NCBI GenBank assembly: GCA_012295275.1
Contig: CM022670.1
Coordinates: forward strand, 8,680,001-8,744,000
DNA length: 64,000 bases
Origin: Chrysomallon squamiferum
Lineage: Eukaryota; Animalia; Mollusca
Reading direction: 5' to 3'
Shown: piece after piece, positions 1 through 10,532 of the stretch
Numbering within the stretch: the first letter of the stretch is position 1
How the letters are laid out: each line of letters opens with the position of its first letter
The notes under the pieces: model-generated
The model's input: the letters and a program-made list of their open reading frames with translations, nothing else
Told to the model about the DNA's origin: nothing
The model's database searches: none
Translations under genes and position numbers: made by a program

Positions 1-130
1 CAAAACGCAAAGGAGAAGAAAACAAAACGACAATTGAAAGAAAAAGAAAAACTCAAAAATTATTTATTTTATTTCAAATTTTTAAGAAATGTTCATTCTA
101 CTTATTAAATAAAAAGGAAACGCATTTAGT

Positions 131-202
131 TAGCAGAGCGTGGTTTCGATCCACGGACCTCTGGGTTATGGGCCCAGCACGCTTCCACTGCGCCACTCTG
201 CT
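131..202 (-). tRNA. tRNA-iMet (CAT)
   Basis: Reverse complement AGCAGAGTGGCGCAGTGGAAGCGTGCTGGGCCCATAACCCAGAGGTCCGTGGATCGAAACCACGCTCTGCTA. It has A1:U72, three G:C pairs in the anticodon stem, C33, the AUCG T-loop (A54/A60) and a T5 terminator ~15 nt downstream. Confidence 0.98.
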
Positions 203-531
203 TGCGTAAACTGCGTTACTTATATTGTATTTGTTACGTAACATCTTCTCTTCAAAATTTTTTTAAAATTTTTTTAGTAGGAGAAAAGAGAAAAAGATTG
301 TTAATAATTTTTTTTTTATTTATTTATTTCCTTTTTCATCATATATTCGAGAACGAAAAACGAAAAAAACAAAAAAACAAAAAAAACGAAAAAAATGAAA
401 GAAAATGCAAAGAACAAGAAAACAAAACGAAAAATGAAATAAAAAGAAAAACTTAAAAATAAGTTATTTCATTTTCTATTTTTAAGAAATGTTCATTCTG
501 CTTTTTAAAGAGAAATGAAACGCAATTCCAT

Positions 532-603
532 TAGCAGAGCGTGGTTTCGATCCACGGACCTCTGGGTTATGGGCCCAGCACGCTTCCACTGCGCCACTCT
601 GCT
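532..603 (-). tRNA. tRNA-iMet (CAT)
   Basis: Identical to the canonical copy. Confidence 0.97.
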
Positions 604-905
604 TGCGTAAACTGCGTTACTTATATTGTATTTGTTACGTAACATCTTGTCTTCAAATTTTTTTTTTAATTTTTTTAGTAGGAGAAAAGAGAAAAAGATT
701 GTTAATAATTTTTTTATTTTATTTATTTCCTTTTTCATCATATATTCGAGAACGAAAAACGAAAAAAAAAAAAAAAAAAAAAACGAAAAAAATGAAAGAA
801 AATGCAAAGAAGAAGAAAACAAAACGAAAAATGAAATAAAAAGAAAAACTTAAAAATAAGTTATTTCATTTTCTATTTTAAAGAAAAATGGATACGCATT
901 TCGAT

Positions 906-977
906 TAGCAGAGCATGGTTTCGATCCACGGACCTCTGGGTTATGCGCCAAGCACGCTTCCACTGCGCCACTCTGAT
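906..977 (-). pseudogene. Variant tRNA-iMet, probable pseudogene
   Basis: Four changes versus canonical: G2>U (acceptor mismatch), G29>U (anticodon stem), C33>G, C64>U. Confidence 0.8.
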
Positions 978-1028
978 TGCGTAAACTGCGTTGTTTACAT
1001 TCTATTTGTTACCTAACATCTTGTCTTC

Positions 1029-1067
<39 letters not shown>

Positions 1068-1309
1068 GGACACAGAGAGAAAGATTGTTAATAATTTATT
1101 TTATTTTATTTATTTTCTTTTTTATCATATATTCGAGAAAGAAAAAAGTAAAAAATAAAATAAAGAATAAAGAATAAAACAAAACGCAAAGGAGAAGAAA
1201 ACAAAACGACAATTGAAAGAAAAAGAAAAACTCAAAAATTATTTATTTTATTTCAAATTTTTAAGAAATGTTCATTCTACTTATTAAATAAAAAGGAAAC
1301 GCATTTAGT

Positions 1310-1381
1310 TAGCAGAGCGTGGTTTCGATCCACGGACCTCTGGGTTATGGGCCCAGCACGCTTCCACTGCGCCACTCTGCT
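1310..1381 (-). tRNA. tRNA-iMet (CAT)
   Basis: Identical to the canonical copy. Confidence 0.97.
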
Positions 1382-1540
1382 TGCGTAAACTGCGTTACTT
1401 ATATTGTATTTGTTACGTAACATCTTGTCTTCAAATTTTTTTAAAATTTTTTTAGTAGGAGAAAAGAGAAAAAGATTGTTAATAATTTTTTTTTATTTTA
1501 TTTATTTCCTTTTTCATCATATATTCGAGAACGAAAAACG

Positions 1541-1574
<34 letters not shown>

Positions 1575-1708
1575 AAAGAAAATGCAAAGAAGAAGAAAAC
1601 AAAACGAAGAATGAAATAAAAAGAAAAACTTAAAAATAAGTTATTTCATTTTCTATTTTTAAGAAATGTTCATTCTGCTTATTAAAGAAAAAGGATACGA
1701 ATTTCGAT

Positions 1709-1780
1709 TAGCAGAGCGTGGTTTCGATCCACGGACCTCTGGGTTATGGGCCCAGCACGCTTCCACTGCGCCACTCTGCT
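1709..1780 (-). tRNA. tRNA-iMet (CAT)
   Basis: Identical to the canonical copy. Confidence 0.97.
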
Positions 1781-2079
1781 TGCGTAAACTGCGTTACTTA
1801 TATTGTATTTGTTACGTAACATCTTGTCTTCAAATTTTTTTTAAAATTTTTTTAGTAGGAGAAAAGAGAAAAAGATTGTTAATAATTTTTTTTATTATTT
1901 ATTTTTATTTCCATATTTTCATCATTAAATTCGAAAAACGAAAAAAAAAAAAAAAAAAAAAAAAAATGAAAGAAAATGCAAAGAAGAAGAAAACAAAACG
2001 AAAAATGAAATAAAAAGAAAAACTTAAAAATAAGTTATTTCATTTTCTATTTTAAAGAAAAATGGATACGCATTTCGAT

Positions 2080-2151
2080 TAGCAGAGCATGGTTTCGATC
2101 CACGGACCTCTGGGTTATGCGCCAAGCACGCTTCCACTGCGCCACTCTGAT
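2080..2151 (-). pseudogene. Variant tRNA-iMet, probable pseudogene
   Basis: Same four substitutions as 906..977. Confidence 0.8.
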
Positions 2152-2197
2152 TGCGTAAACTGCGTTGCTTACATTCTATTTGTTACCTAACATCTTG

Positions 2198-2232
<35 letters not shown>

Positions 2233-2467
2233 GGACACAGAGAGAAAGATTGTTAATAATTTATTTTATTTTATTTATTTTCTTTTTTATCATATATTCG
2301 AGAAAGAAAAAAGTAAAAAATAAAATAAAGAATAAAACAAAACGCAAAGGAGAAGAAAACAAAACGACAATTGAAAGAAAAAGAAAAACTCAAAAATTAT
2401 TTATTTTATTTCAAATTTTTAAGAAATGTTCATTCTACTTATTAAATAAAAAGGAAACGCATTTAGT

Positions 2468-2539
2468 TAGCAGAGCGTGGTTTCCATCCACGGACCTCTG
2501 GGTTATGGGCCCAGCACGCTTCCACTGCGCCACTCTGCT
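2468..2539 (-). tRNA. tRNA-iMet (CAT) with C56>G T-loop/B-box change
   Basis: The plus strand reads tttccatcc instead of tttcgatcc, so the invariant C56 is lost and the copy is likely impaired. Confidence 0.75.
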
Positions 2540-2695
2540 TGCGTAAACTGCGTTACTTATATTGTATTTGTTACGTAACATCTTGTCTTCAAATTTTTTT
2601 TTTAAATTTTATTAGTAGGAGAAAAGAGAAAAAGATTGTTAATAATTTTTTTTTATTATTTATTTATTTCCTTTTTCATCATATATTCGAGAACG

Positions 2696-2727
<32 letters not shown>

Positions 2728-2737
2728 GCATTTCGAT

Positions 2738-2809
2738 TAGCAGAGCGTGGTTTCGATCCACGGACCTCTGGGTTATGGGCCCAGCACGCTTCCACTGCGC
2801 CACTCTGCT
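2738..2809 (-). tRNA. tRNA-iMet (CAT)
   Basis: Identical to the canonical copy. Confidence 0.97.
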
Positions 2810-3131
2810 TGCGTAAACTGCGTTGTTTACATTCTATTTGTTACCTAACATCTTGTCTTCAACTTTTTTCTTTCTTTTTTTTTTTTTTTTTTAATAGGAC
2901 ACAGAGAGAAAGATTGTTAATAATTTATTTTATTTTATTTATTTTCTTTTTCATCATATATTCGAGAAAGAAAAAAGTAAAAAATAAAATAAAGAATAAA
3001 ACAAAACGCAAAGGAGAAGAAAACAAAACGACAATTGAAAGAAAAAGAAAAACTCAAAAATTATTTATTTTATTTCAAATTTTTAAGAAATGTTCATTCT
3101 ACTTATTAAATAAAAAGGAAACGCATTTAGT

Positions 3132-3203
3132 TAGCAGAGCGTGGTTTCGATCCACGGACCTCTGGGTTATGGGCCCAGCACGCTTCCACTGCGCCACTCT
3201 GCT
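3132..3203 (-). tRNA. tRNA-iMet (CAT)
   Basis: Identical to the canonical copy. Confidence 0.97.
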
Positions 3204-3530
3204 TGCGTAAACTGCGTTACTTATATTGTATTTGTTACGTAACATCTTCTCTTCAAAAATTTTTTAAAATTTTTTTAGTAGGAGAAAAGAGAAAAAGATT
3301 GTTAATAATTTTTTTTTGTTTTATTTATTTCCTTTTTCATCATATATTCGAGAACGAAAAACGAAAAAAAAAAAAAAAAAAAAAACGAAAAAAATGAAAG
3401 AAAATGCAAAGAACAAGAAAACAAAACGAAAAATGAAATAAAAAGAAAAACTTAAAAATAAGTTATTTCATTTTCTATTTTTAAGAAATGTTCATTCTGC
3501 CTTTTAAAGAGAAATGAAACGCAATTCCAT

Positions 3531-3602
3531 TAGCAGAGCGTGGTTTCGATCCACGGACCTCTGGGTTATGGGCCCAGCACGCTTCCACTGCGCCACTCTG
3601 CT
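3531..3602 (-). tRNA. tRNA-iMet (CAT)
   Basis: Identical to the canonical copy. Confidence 0.97.
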
Positions 3603-3928
3603 TGCATAAACTGCGTTGTTTACATTCTATTTGTTACCTAACATCTTGTCTTCAACTTTTTTTTTTTTTTTTTTTTTTTTTTAATAGGACACAGAGAGAA
3701 AGATTGTTAATAATTTATTTTATTTTATTTATTTTCTTTTTTATCATATATTCGAGAAAGAAAAAAGTAAAAAATAAAATAAAGAATAAAGAATAAAACA
3801 AAACGCAAAGGAGAAGAAAACAAAACGACAATTGAAAGAAAAAGAAAAACTCAAAAATTATTTATTTTATTTCAAATTTTTAAGAAATGTTCATTCTACT
3901 TATTAAATAAAAAGGAAACGCATTTAGT

Positions 3929-4000
3929 TAGCAGAGCGTGGTTTCGATCCACGGACCTCTGGGTTATGGGCCCAGCACGCTTCCACTGCGCCACTCTGCT
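3929..4000 (-). tRNA. tRNA-iMet (CAT)
   Basis: Identical to the canonical copy. Confidence 0.97.
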
Positions 4001-4051
4001 TGCGTAAACTGCGTTGTTTACATTCTATTTGTTACCTAACATCTTGTCTTC

Positions 4052-4088
<37 letters not shown>

Positions 4089-4323
4089 GGACACAGAGAG
4101 AAAGATTGTTAATAATTTATTTTATTTTATTTATTTTCTTTTTTATCATATATTCGAGAAAGAAAAAAGTAAAAAATAAAATAAAGAATAAAACAAAACG
4201 CAAAGGAGAAGAAAACAAAACGACAATTGAAAGAAAAAGAAAAACTCAAAAATTATTTATTTTATTTCAAATTTTTAAGAAATGTTCATTCTACTTATTA
4301 AATAAAAAGGAAACGCATTTAGT

Positions 4324-4395
4324 TAGCAGAGCGTGGTTTCGATCCACGGACCTCTGGGTTATGGGCCCAGCACGCTTCCACTGCGCCACTCTGCT
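4324..4395 (-). tRNA. tRNA-iMet (CAT)
   Basis: Identical to the canonical copy. Confidence 0.97.
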
Positions 4396-4721
4396 TGCGT
4401 AAACTGCGTTACTTATATTGTATTTGTTACGTAACATCTTGTCTTCAAAATTTTTTTAAAATTTTTTTAGTAGGAGAAAAGAGAAAAAGATTGTTAATAA
4501 TTTTTTTTTGTTTTATTTATTTCCTTTTTCATCATATATTCGAGAACGAAAAACGAAAAAAAAAAAAAAAAAAAAACGAAAAAAATGAAAGAAAATGCAA
4601 AGAACAAGAAAACAAAACGAAAAATGAAATAAAAAGAAAAACTTAAAAATAAGTTATTTCATTTTCTATTTTTAAGAAATGTTCATTCTGCTTTTTAAAG
4701 AGAAATGAAACGCAATTCCAT

Positions 4722-4793
4722 TAGCAGAGCGTGGTTTCGATCCACGGACCTCTGGGTTATGGGCCCAGCACGCTTCCACTGCGCCACTCTGCT
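4722..4793 (-). tRNA. tRNA-iMet (CAT)
   Basis: Identical to the canonical copy. Confidence 0.97.
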
Positions 4794-5122
4794 TGCGTAA
4801 ACTGCGTTGTTTACATTCTATTTGTTACCTAACATCTTGTCTTCAACTTTTTTCTTTTTTTTTTTTTTTTTTTTTAATAGGACACAGAGAGAAAGATTGT
4901 TAATAATTTATTTTATTTTATTTATTTTCTTTTTTATCATATATTCGAGAAAGAAAAAAGTAAAAAAATAAAATAAAGAATAAAGAATAAAACAAAACGC
5001 AAAGGAGAAGAAAACAAAACGACAATTGAAAGAAAAAGAAAAACTCAAAAATTATTTATTTTATTTCAAATTTTTAAGAAATGTTCATTCTACTTATTAA
5101 ATAAAAAGGAAACGCATTTAGT

Positions 5123-5194
5123 TAGCAGAGCGTGGTTTCGATCCACGGACCTCTGGGTTATGGGCCCAGCACGCTTCCACTGCGCCACTGTGCT
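5123..5194 (-). tRNA. tRNA-iMet (CAT) with G5>C acceptor-stem mismatch
   Basis: The plus strand reads ccactgtgct instead of ccactctgct. Confidence 0.8.
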
Positions 5195-5523
5195 TGCGTA
5201 AACTGCGTTACTTATATTGTATTTGTTTCGTAACATCTTGTCTTCAAATTTTTTTTAAAATTCTTTTAGTAGGAGAAAAGAGAAAAAGATTGTTAATAAT
5301 TTTTTTTTATTATTATTTATTTCCTTTTTCATCATATATTCGAGAACGAAAAACGAAAAAAAAAAAAAAAAAAAAAAACGAAAAAAATGAAAGAAAATGC
5401 AAAGAAGAAGAAAACAAAACGAAGAATGAAATAAAAAGAAAAACTTAAAAATAAGTTATTTCATTTTCTATTTTTAAGAAATGTTCATTCTGCTTATTAA
5501 AGAAAAAGGATACGAATTTCGAT

Positions 5524-5595
5524 TAGCAGAGCGTGGTTTCGATCCACGGACCTCTGGGTTATGGGCCCAGCACGCTTCCACTGCGCCACTCTGCT
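5524..5595 (-). tRNA. tRNA-iMet (CAT)
   Basis: Identical to the canonical copy. Confidence 0.97.
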
Positions 5596-5912
5596 TGCAT
5601 AAACTGCGTTGTTTACATTCTATTTGTTACCTAACATCTTGTCTTCAACTTTTTTTTTTTTTTTTTTTTTTTTAATAGGACACAGAGAGAAAGATTGTTA
5701 ATAATTTATTTTATTTTATTTATTTTCTTTTTTATCATATATTCGAGAAAGAAAAAAGTAAAAAATAAAATAAAGAATAAAACAAAACGCAAAGGAGAAG
5801 AAAACAAAATGACAATTGAAAGAAAAAGAAAAACTCAAAAATTATTTATTTTATTTCAAATTTTTAAGAAATGTTCATTCTACTTATTAAATAAAAAGGA
5901 AACGCATTTAGT

Positions 5913-5970
5913 TAGCAGAGCGTGGTTTCCATCCACGGACCTCTGGGTTATGGGCCCAGCACGCTTCCAC
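5913..5970 (-). pseudogene. Damaged tRNA-iMet copy (C56>G, 5' end replaced)
   Basis: The core matches up to acgcttccac and then switches to unrelated atcatacttt. It carries the same tttccatcc variant as 2468. Confidence 0.75.
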
Positions 5971-6174
5971 ATCATACTTTTTAAACTGTAAACTGCGTTA
6001 CTTATATTGTATTTGTTAAAACATCTTGTCTTCAAATTTTTTTTTAAATTTATTAAAGGAGAAAAGAGAAAAAGATTGTTAATAATTTTTTTTATTATTT
6101 ATTTATTTTTTATTTTTCATCATATATTCGAGTTTAAAACGAAAAAAAAAAAAAAAAAAAAAACGCATTTCGAT

Positions 6175-6246
6175 TAGCAGAGCGTGGTTTCGATCCACGG
6201 ACCTCTGGGTTATGGGCCCAGCACGCTTCCACTGCGCCACTCTGCT
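6175..6246 (-). tRNA. tRNA-iMet (CAT)
   Basis: Identical to the canonical copy. Confidence 0.95.
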
Positions 6247-6300
6247 TGCGTAAACTGCGTTGTTTACATTCTATTTGTTACCTAACATCTTGTCTTCAAC

Positions 6301-6331
<31 letters not shown>

Positions 6332-6573
6332 TTGGGACACAGAGAGAAAGATTGTTAATAATTTATTTTATTTTATTAGTTTTTCGTTTTTTTATCATAT
6401 ATTCGAGAAAAAAAAAAAGAAAAAAATAAAATAAAGAATAAAACAAAACGCAAAGGAGAAGAAAACAAAACGACAATTGAAAGAAAAAGAAAAACTCAAA
6501 AATTATTTATTTTATTTCAAATTTTTAAGAAATATTCATTCTACTTATTAAATAAAAAGGAAACGCATTTAGT

Positions 6574-6649
6574 TAGCAGAGCGTGGTTTCGATCCACGGA
6601 CCTCTGGGTTATGGGCCCCCAGCACGCTTCCACTGCGCCAAAGATTGCT
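6574..6649 (-). pseudogene. Damaged tRNA-iMet copy
   Basis: 2-nt insertion (gggccccc) and a corrupted 5' acceptor strand (aagattgct). Confidence 0.75.
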
Positions 6650-6978
6650 TTAGTAAACTGCGTGTTTTATATTGTATTTGTTTTCGTAACATCTTGTCTT
6701 CAAATTTTTTTAAATTCTTTTAGTAGGAGAAAAGAGAAAAAGATTGTTAATAAATTTTTTTATTATTTATTTATTTAATTTTTTCATCATATATTCGAGA
6801 ACGAAAAAAAAAAAAAAAAAAAAAAAATAAAGAATAAAACAAAACGCTTTTAAAAAGGAGAAGAAAACAAAACGATAATTGAAAGAAAAAGAAAAACTCA
6901 AAAAAAATTATTTATTTTATTTCAAATTTTTAAGAAATGTTCATTCTACTTATTAAATAAAAAGGAAACGCATTTAGT

Positions 6979-7032
6979 TAGCAGAGCGTGGTTTCGATCC
7001 ACGGACCTCTGGGTTATGGGCCCAGCACGCTT
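6979..7032 (-). pseudogene. 5'-truncated tRNA-iMet copy
   Basis: The core matches up to cccagcacgctt and then diverges. Confidence 0.75.
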
Positions 7033-8239
7033 TTTAAATGTTTGTTTGCGTAAACTGCGTTACTTATATTGTATTTGTTACGTTACATCTTGTTTTCAAT
7101 TTTTTTTTTTAAATTTTTTTTAGTAGGAGAAAAGAGAAAAAGATTGTTAATAATTTTTTTTTTTTTATTTATTTTTTTTTTTTTCATCATATATTCGAGA
7201 ACATGTTTTTAAAAAATAAAATAAAGAATAAAACAAAACGCAAAGGAGAAGAAAACAAAACGACAATTGAAAGAAAAGAAAAACTCAAAAATTTTATTTA
7301 TTTTATTTCAAATTTTTTAAGAAATGTTCATTCTACTTATTTTTTCAAATATTATATAAAAAGGAAACGCATTTAGTCCCAATGCATTCAGAATATTATG
7401 CATCAAATCCAGACCATGTTGTGGTTTCGATCCACGGACCAAACCTAAAACATGTTATGGGTTGATCCTAGGCCTGCTGCCCAGTTCAGTGAACCTAATG
7501 ATGTATTTTATGGGATCTCTGTTTGATGTCCTCTCATTCTTGAAACATATTTTATTGCGTAAACAGTACTGGAGTTTTTGTTTTATGTGCATCCTCTATA
7601 CCATATAATCCATTAATCCATTTATTCCCATGGTTTGTTTTCAACTTTTTTTTTTTTTTTTTTTTTTAATGGGACACAGTATATGAACTGATTGTTAATA
7701 ATTTATTTTATTTTATTTTATTTTCAGTATTGTTTTTGACATCATATTTGTCGAGAAAAAAAAAAAATAAAAATAAAATAAAGAAATAAAATCAAAAGGG
7801 ACAACTGGTCCACAAGGAGTGCATGTTTGAAAACAAAACGACAATTAAATGTTGAGGATAAAAAATTTCATCCATAACATACAAAAATTTTTTATTTTAT
7901 TTTGAGTCACTGCTCACTTGCTCTTTAAGAAACGTGAATATTTTTGAAGTGATTAATTAAATAAAAACCTGGATATTGTGTGAACATTTTAATAGGACAG
8001 AGCATGGTTTCGATCCACGGACGTTAGTACTGGAGAAATTCTTATTAAAAATATATTTCCACACTAACCTTTAATCAGCCATGAATGCTGCAAAATTAAA
8101 CTTAATCGTGAATTTGGCATTGATTTTACAGATCACAAATAAAAATTTGATTGATTTTTTATTCTAAAATAACCAAAAGTAAAAGCAAAGAGTGTAAAGG
8201 GGACTAATTTTAGCTATAAACTGTCCCAGTAATATTTTA

Positions 8240-8890
8240 AGAACAAAAGTATATGAACAAACAACTATGCAAAACTTGACAGAAAAAGCAAGATATGCTG
8301 AATGCACCATTTGAACTTTGTTGATTTAAACAGAACATTCCTATCTCTCACTGAAAGAAAGGATGTAGGTAATCAGCCATTTTTACACATGAGAAATACA
8401 TTCTTTCAAAATAGTTTTATGTTTTTAGTCCTATAGACATAAAAGTGATAAATTATAACTGGTATAAAATGTAATCAAATGAATTTCAGCAGAAGAAACT
8501 TGAAAATATATGGCATTTAAGGAAAGGAATGTATGTCCTCAATTTTACTGCACCAAGATCCAATTCTGACCCAAAATGGATGATTGAAAATCTGGCCCCT
8601 TTATATGGTGGTGAAATCAATAGTTTTGGTATGGATTTAGTCCATTCTGATACCTTTTGTGATGAACATTATATAATGTTTTTTCCTTAACAAAACTGGA
8701 AAAGGCTGATCTCTTTCCTGCTTGAAAAAAATGGTATGTACCTGAATATGTCGAGGAAAGAGGGAAGAAATTAAGATGAAAAGAGAGAGAAAAGGACAAT
8801 TTGAAAAGCAGAGAGTAAATTTGACAAATGACATTCGTTGTTGTTGGTTATGGCAGTATACAGAAATGTCCACTGTGCATGGATAGCCAC
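8240..8890 (+). mobile_element. Highly decayed piggyBac-like transposase remnant
   Basis: Broken reading frames give, in the expected order, EQT(N)YA (~8255), MRNTF (~8389), MAFKER (~8510, cf. DExMxxFxGR), RKGQF (~8790) and WLWQ..MSTVHG (~8845-8883, cf. WxDxxxVxxLSTxH). Recognised by eye only. Confidence 0.4.
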
Positions 8891-9640
8891 ATTGTTTCAG
8901 CGTCACATGTGAAAACGATGAAGCAGTGTATGTTTATCACTTGGCTGAAGACTGATGCTGGAGATTTGGAAATAATAGCTGAAGGTAGGGAAATGTGAAT
9001 TTACATGTTTTGACAATTGCTGTTCATAAGTGTTTGAAGAGAAATATTCCAGTATCATGGCCCTTGTAATGTTGAAAAATATGAATACCACTCCCAGTCG
9101 TTATGTAACTTGTGTTGCACTAACATAAATGCTTTTTTGAATTTTGAAAATGTTTTGGGGATGTTCGTTGTTTGTTACTTTTAAATTACAAAATTTTAAT
9201 GTTATACTAATAATCAGTTTTGCATAGGCCAATTGGTTTTATTTCAACAAATTTTTGTCCAAAATTTAAATCAAATGGGATAGTAATTAATATATGTATA
9301 TTTAAGTATTTTAATTCTGTACAATAACTTCAGTCAAATATTGAAGTTAATGAACAATCAAAAACATAATGAAAGATAACAAATACATACATACATCATC
9401 ATTAAACGAAATGGATTTAGTATAGTCTATACTCTTTTAAGTTTATATATTGCAACATTTTGTCCTTTCATCATATTTTGGGAAATAAACATAAAATAAA
9501 TAAATCAAATCAAATTAAAACATGCAGTATATTCTAGTATTTTACAGGTGTCTTTTATTAATTTAATTTTTTGTCTCAGATATAATATACTCAAATGTTA
9601 TTTGCTTTCCGTGATATTATTATCATTTACTGTGTTTATA

Positions 9641-10434
9641 CCGTATATACTTGTGTATAAGTCGAATTTTCGGGAGACTATATTAAGGTAATATTTTGGG
9701 GGTCGACTTATACATAGGTAATGCTTTTGTAGCTGTTGCCGAAGAGTCGCCATTTTGACTATTTTTTGCTACGGGATGCATCTAAAATAATCGCAGTCTT
9801 TCAGCTTTTCAAAAATATAATTTTATCATATAAAAATTTTTGAAAAATTAAATAACAAAACCAAATATGAAGGTAAAACATGATATTCTTCCGTTTAATG
9901 ACATAAAAATACATTTTAAAGCGAGAAAACCGCCAGTACGGCGTCTTGCAATGATCTAGTAATGCAGACTTCTCTGCCAAATTGCACTAAATATCGGTCA
10001 TAATTTCATAAACAAAACTCACTTGTTTAATTGTAAAGAATTTGGTGAAATAATATTGCAATCGTCATTAATACCCACTACTGACAAATTTTGTAAATCA
10101 TGGAACGGCTAAATATAACGGTAAGTTAGGTCTCCATGTTAGACCTATTACATTAAAGAGATACTATTTATGATACATTTAGGCTATAGCTCGTGTAATA
10201 CATGCATTTACATTATTATGGTATGTTCGTGCAAGTTACAGCTCGTGCAAGTTATGTTACAGTAGGCGTACAATGTAGGCCTTCATGGCACTGTCACACT
10301 GGTCTAAAAATAGTGACGGTGCCTGGAATCTACAGTTGACTTATATACAAGTAATACCTAAAATGACGCAATTTTTGGTCTTAAAATACACATCGACTTA
10401 TACATAAGGTCGCCTTGTACACAAGTATATACGG
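9641..10434. mobile_element. Non-autonomous Tc2/pogo-like (Tc1/mariner superfamily) MITE, ~794 bp
   Basis: TIRs CCGTATATACTTGTGTATAAGTCGA and TCGCCTTGTACACAAGTATATACGG (23/25 match), with TA on both sides (9639-9640, 10435-10436). Subterminal repeats of (tc)gacttata(c/t)a occur at ~9703, ~10337 and ~10393. Confidence 0.9.
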
Positions 10435-10532
10435 TAAATGAGTTTTTGAGAAAAACAACTTGTAGTGTACAAAAACCTAAATAAATATAATAATTTTTAA
10501 TTTTATTTCTTACCTGATCAGAGGACAAAGAG

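Larger units (their letters stand above)
1..7030 (-). repeat. Tandem array of initiator tRNA-Met genes (~19 copies, unit ~260-405 bp), continuing beyond the window start
   Basis: The 72-nt core tagcagagcgtggtttcgatcc...ccactctgct recurs at 131, 532, 906, 1310, 1709, 2080, 2468, 2738, 3132, 3531, 3929, 4324, 4722, 5123, 5524, 5913, 6175, 6574 and 6979. Copies are separated by two related A/T-rich spacer types. Confidence 0.97.

Noticed and set aside
202-6434. Many ORFs (MRKLRY.., up to 223 aa) across the array
   Set aside because: They are chance translations of the antisense tRNA plus poly-A/T spacers, with frames changing with homopolymer length.
131-7030. CRISPR-like repeat-spacer appearance, or a tRNA-derived SINE cluster
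   Set aside because: The repeats are full tRNA genes, the spacers are themselves repeated, there are no cas genes, and there are no SINE bodies, tails or TSDs.
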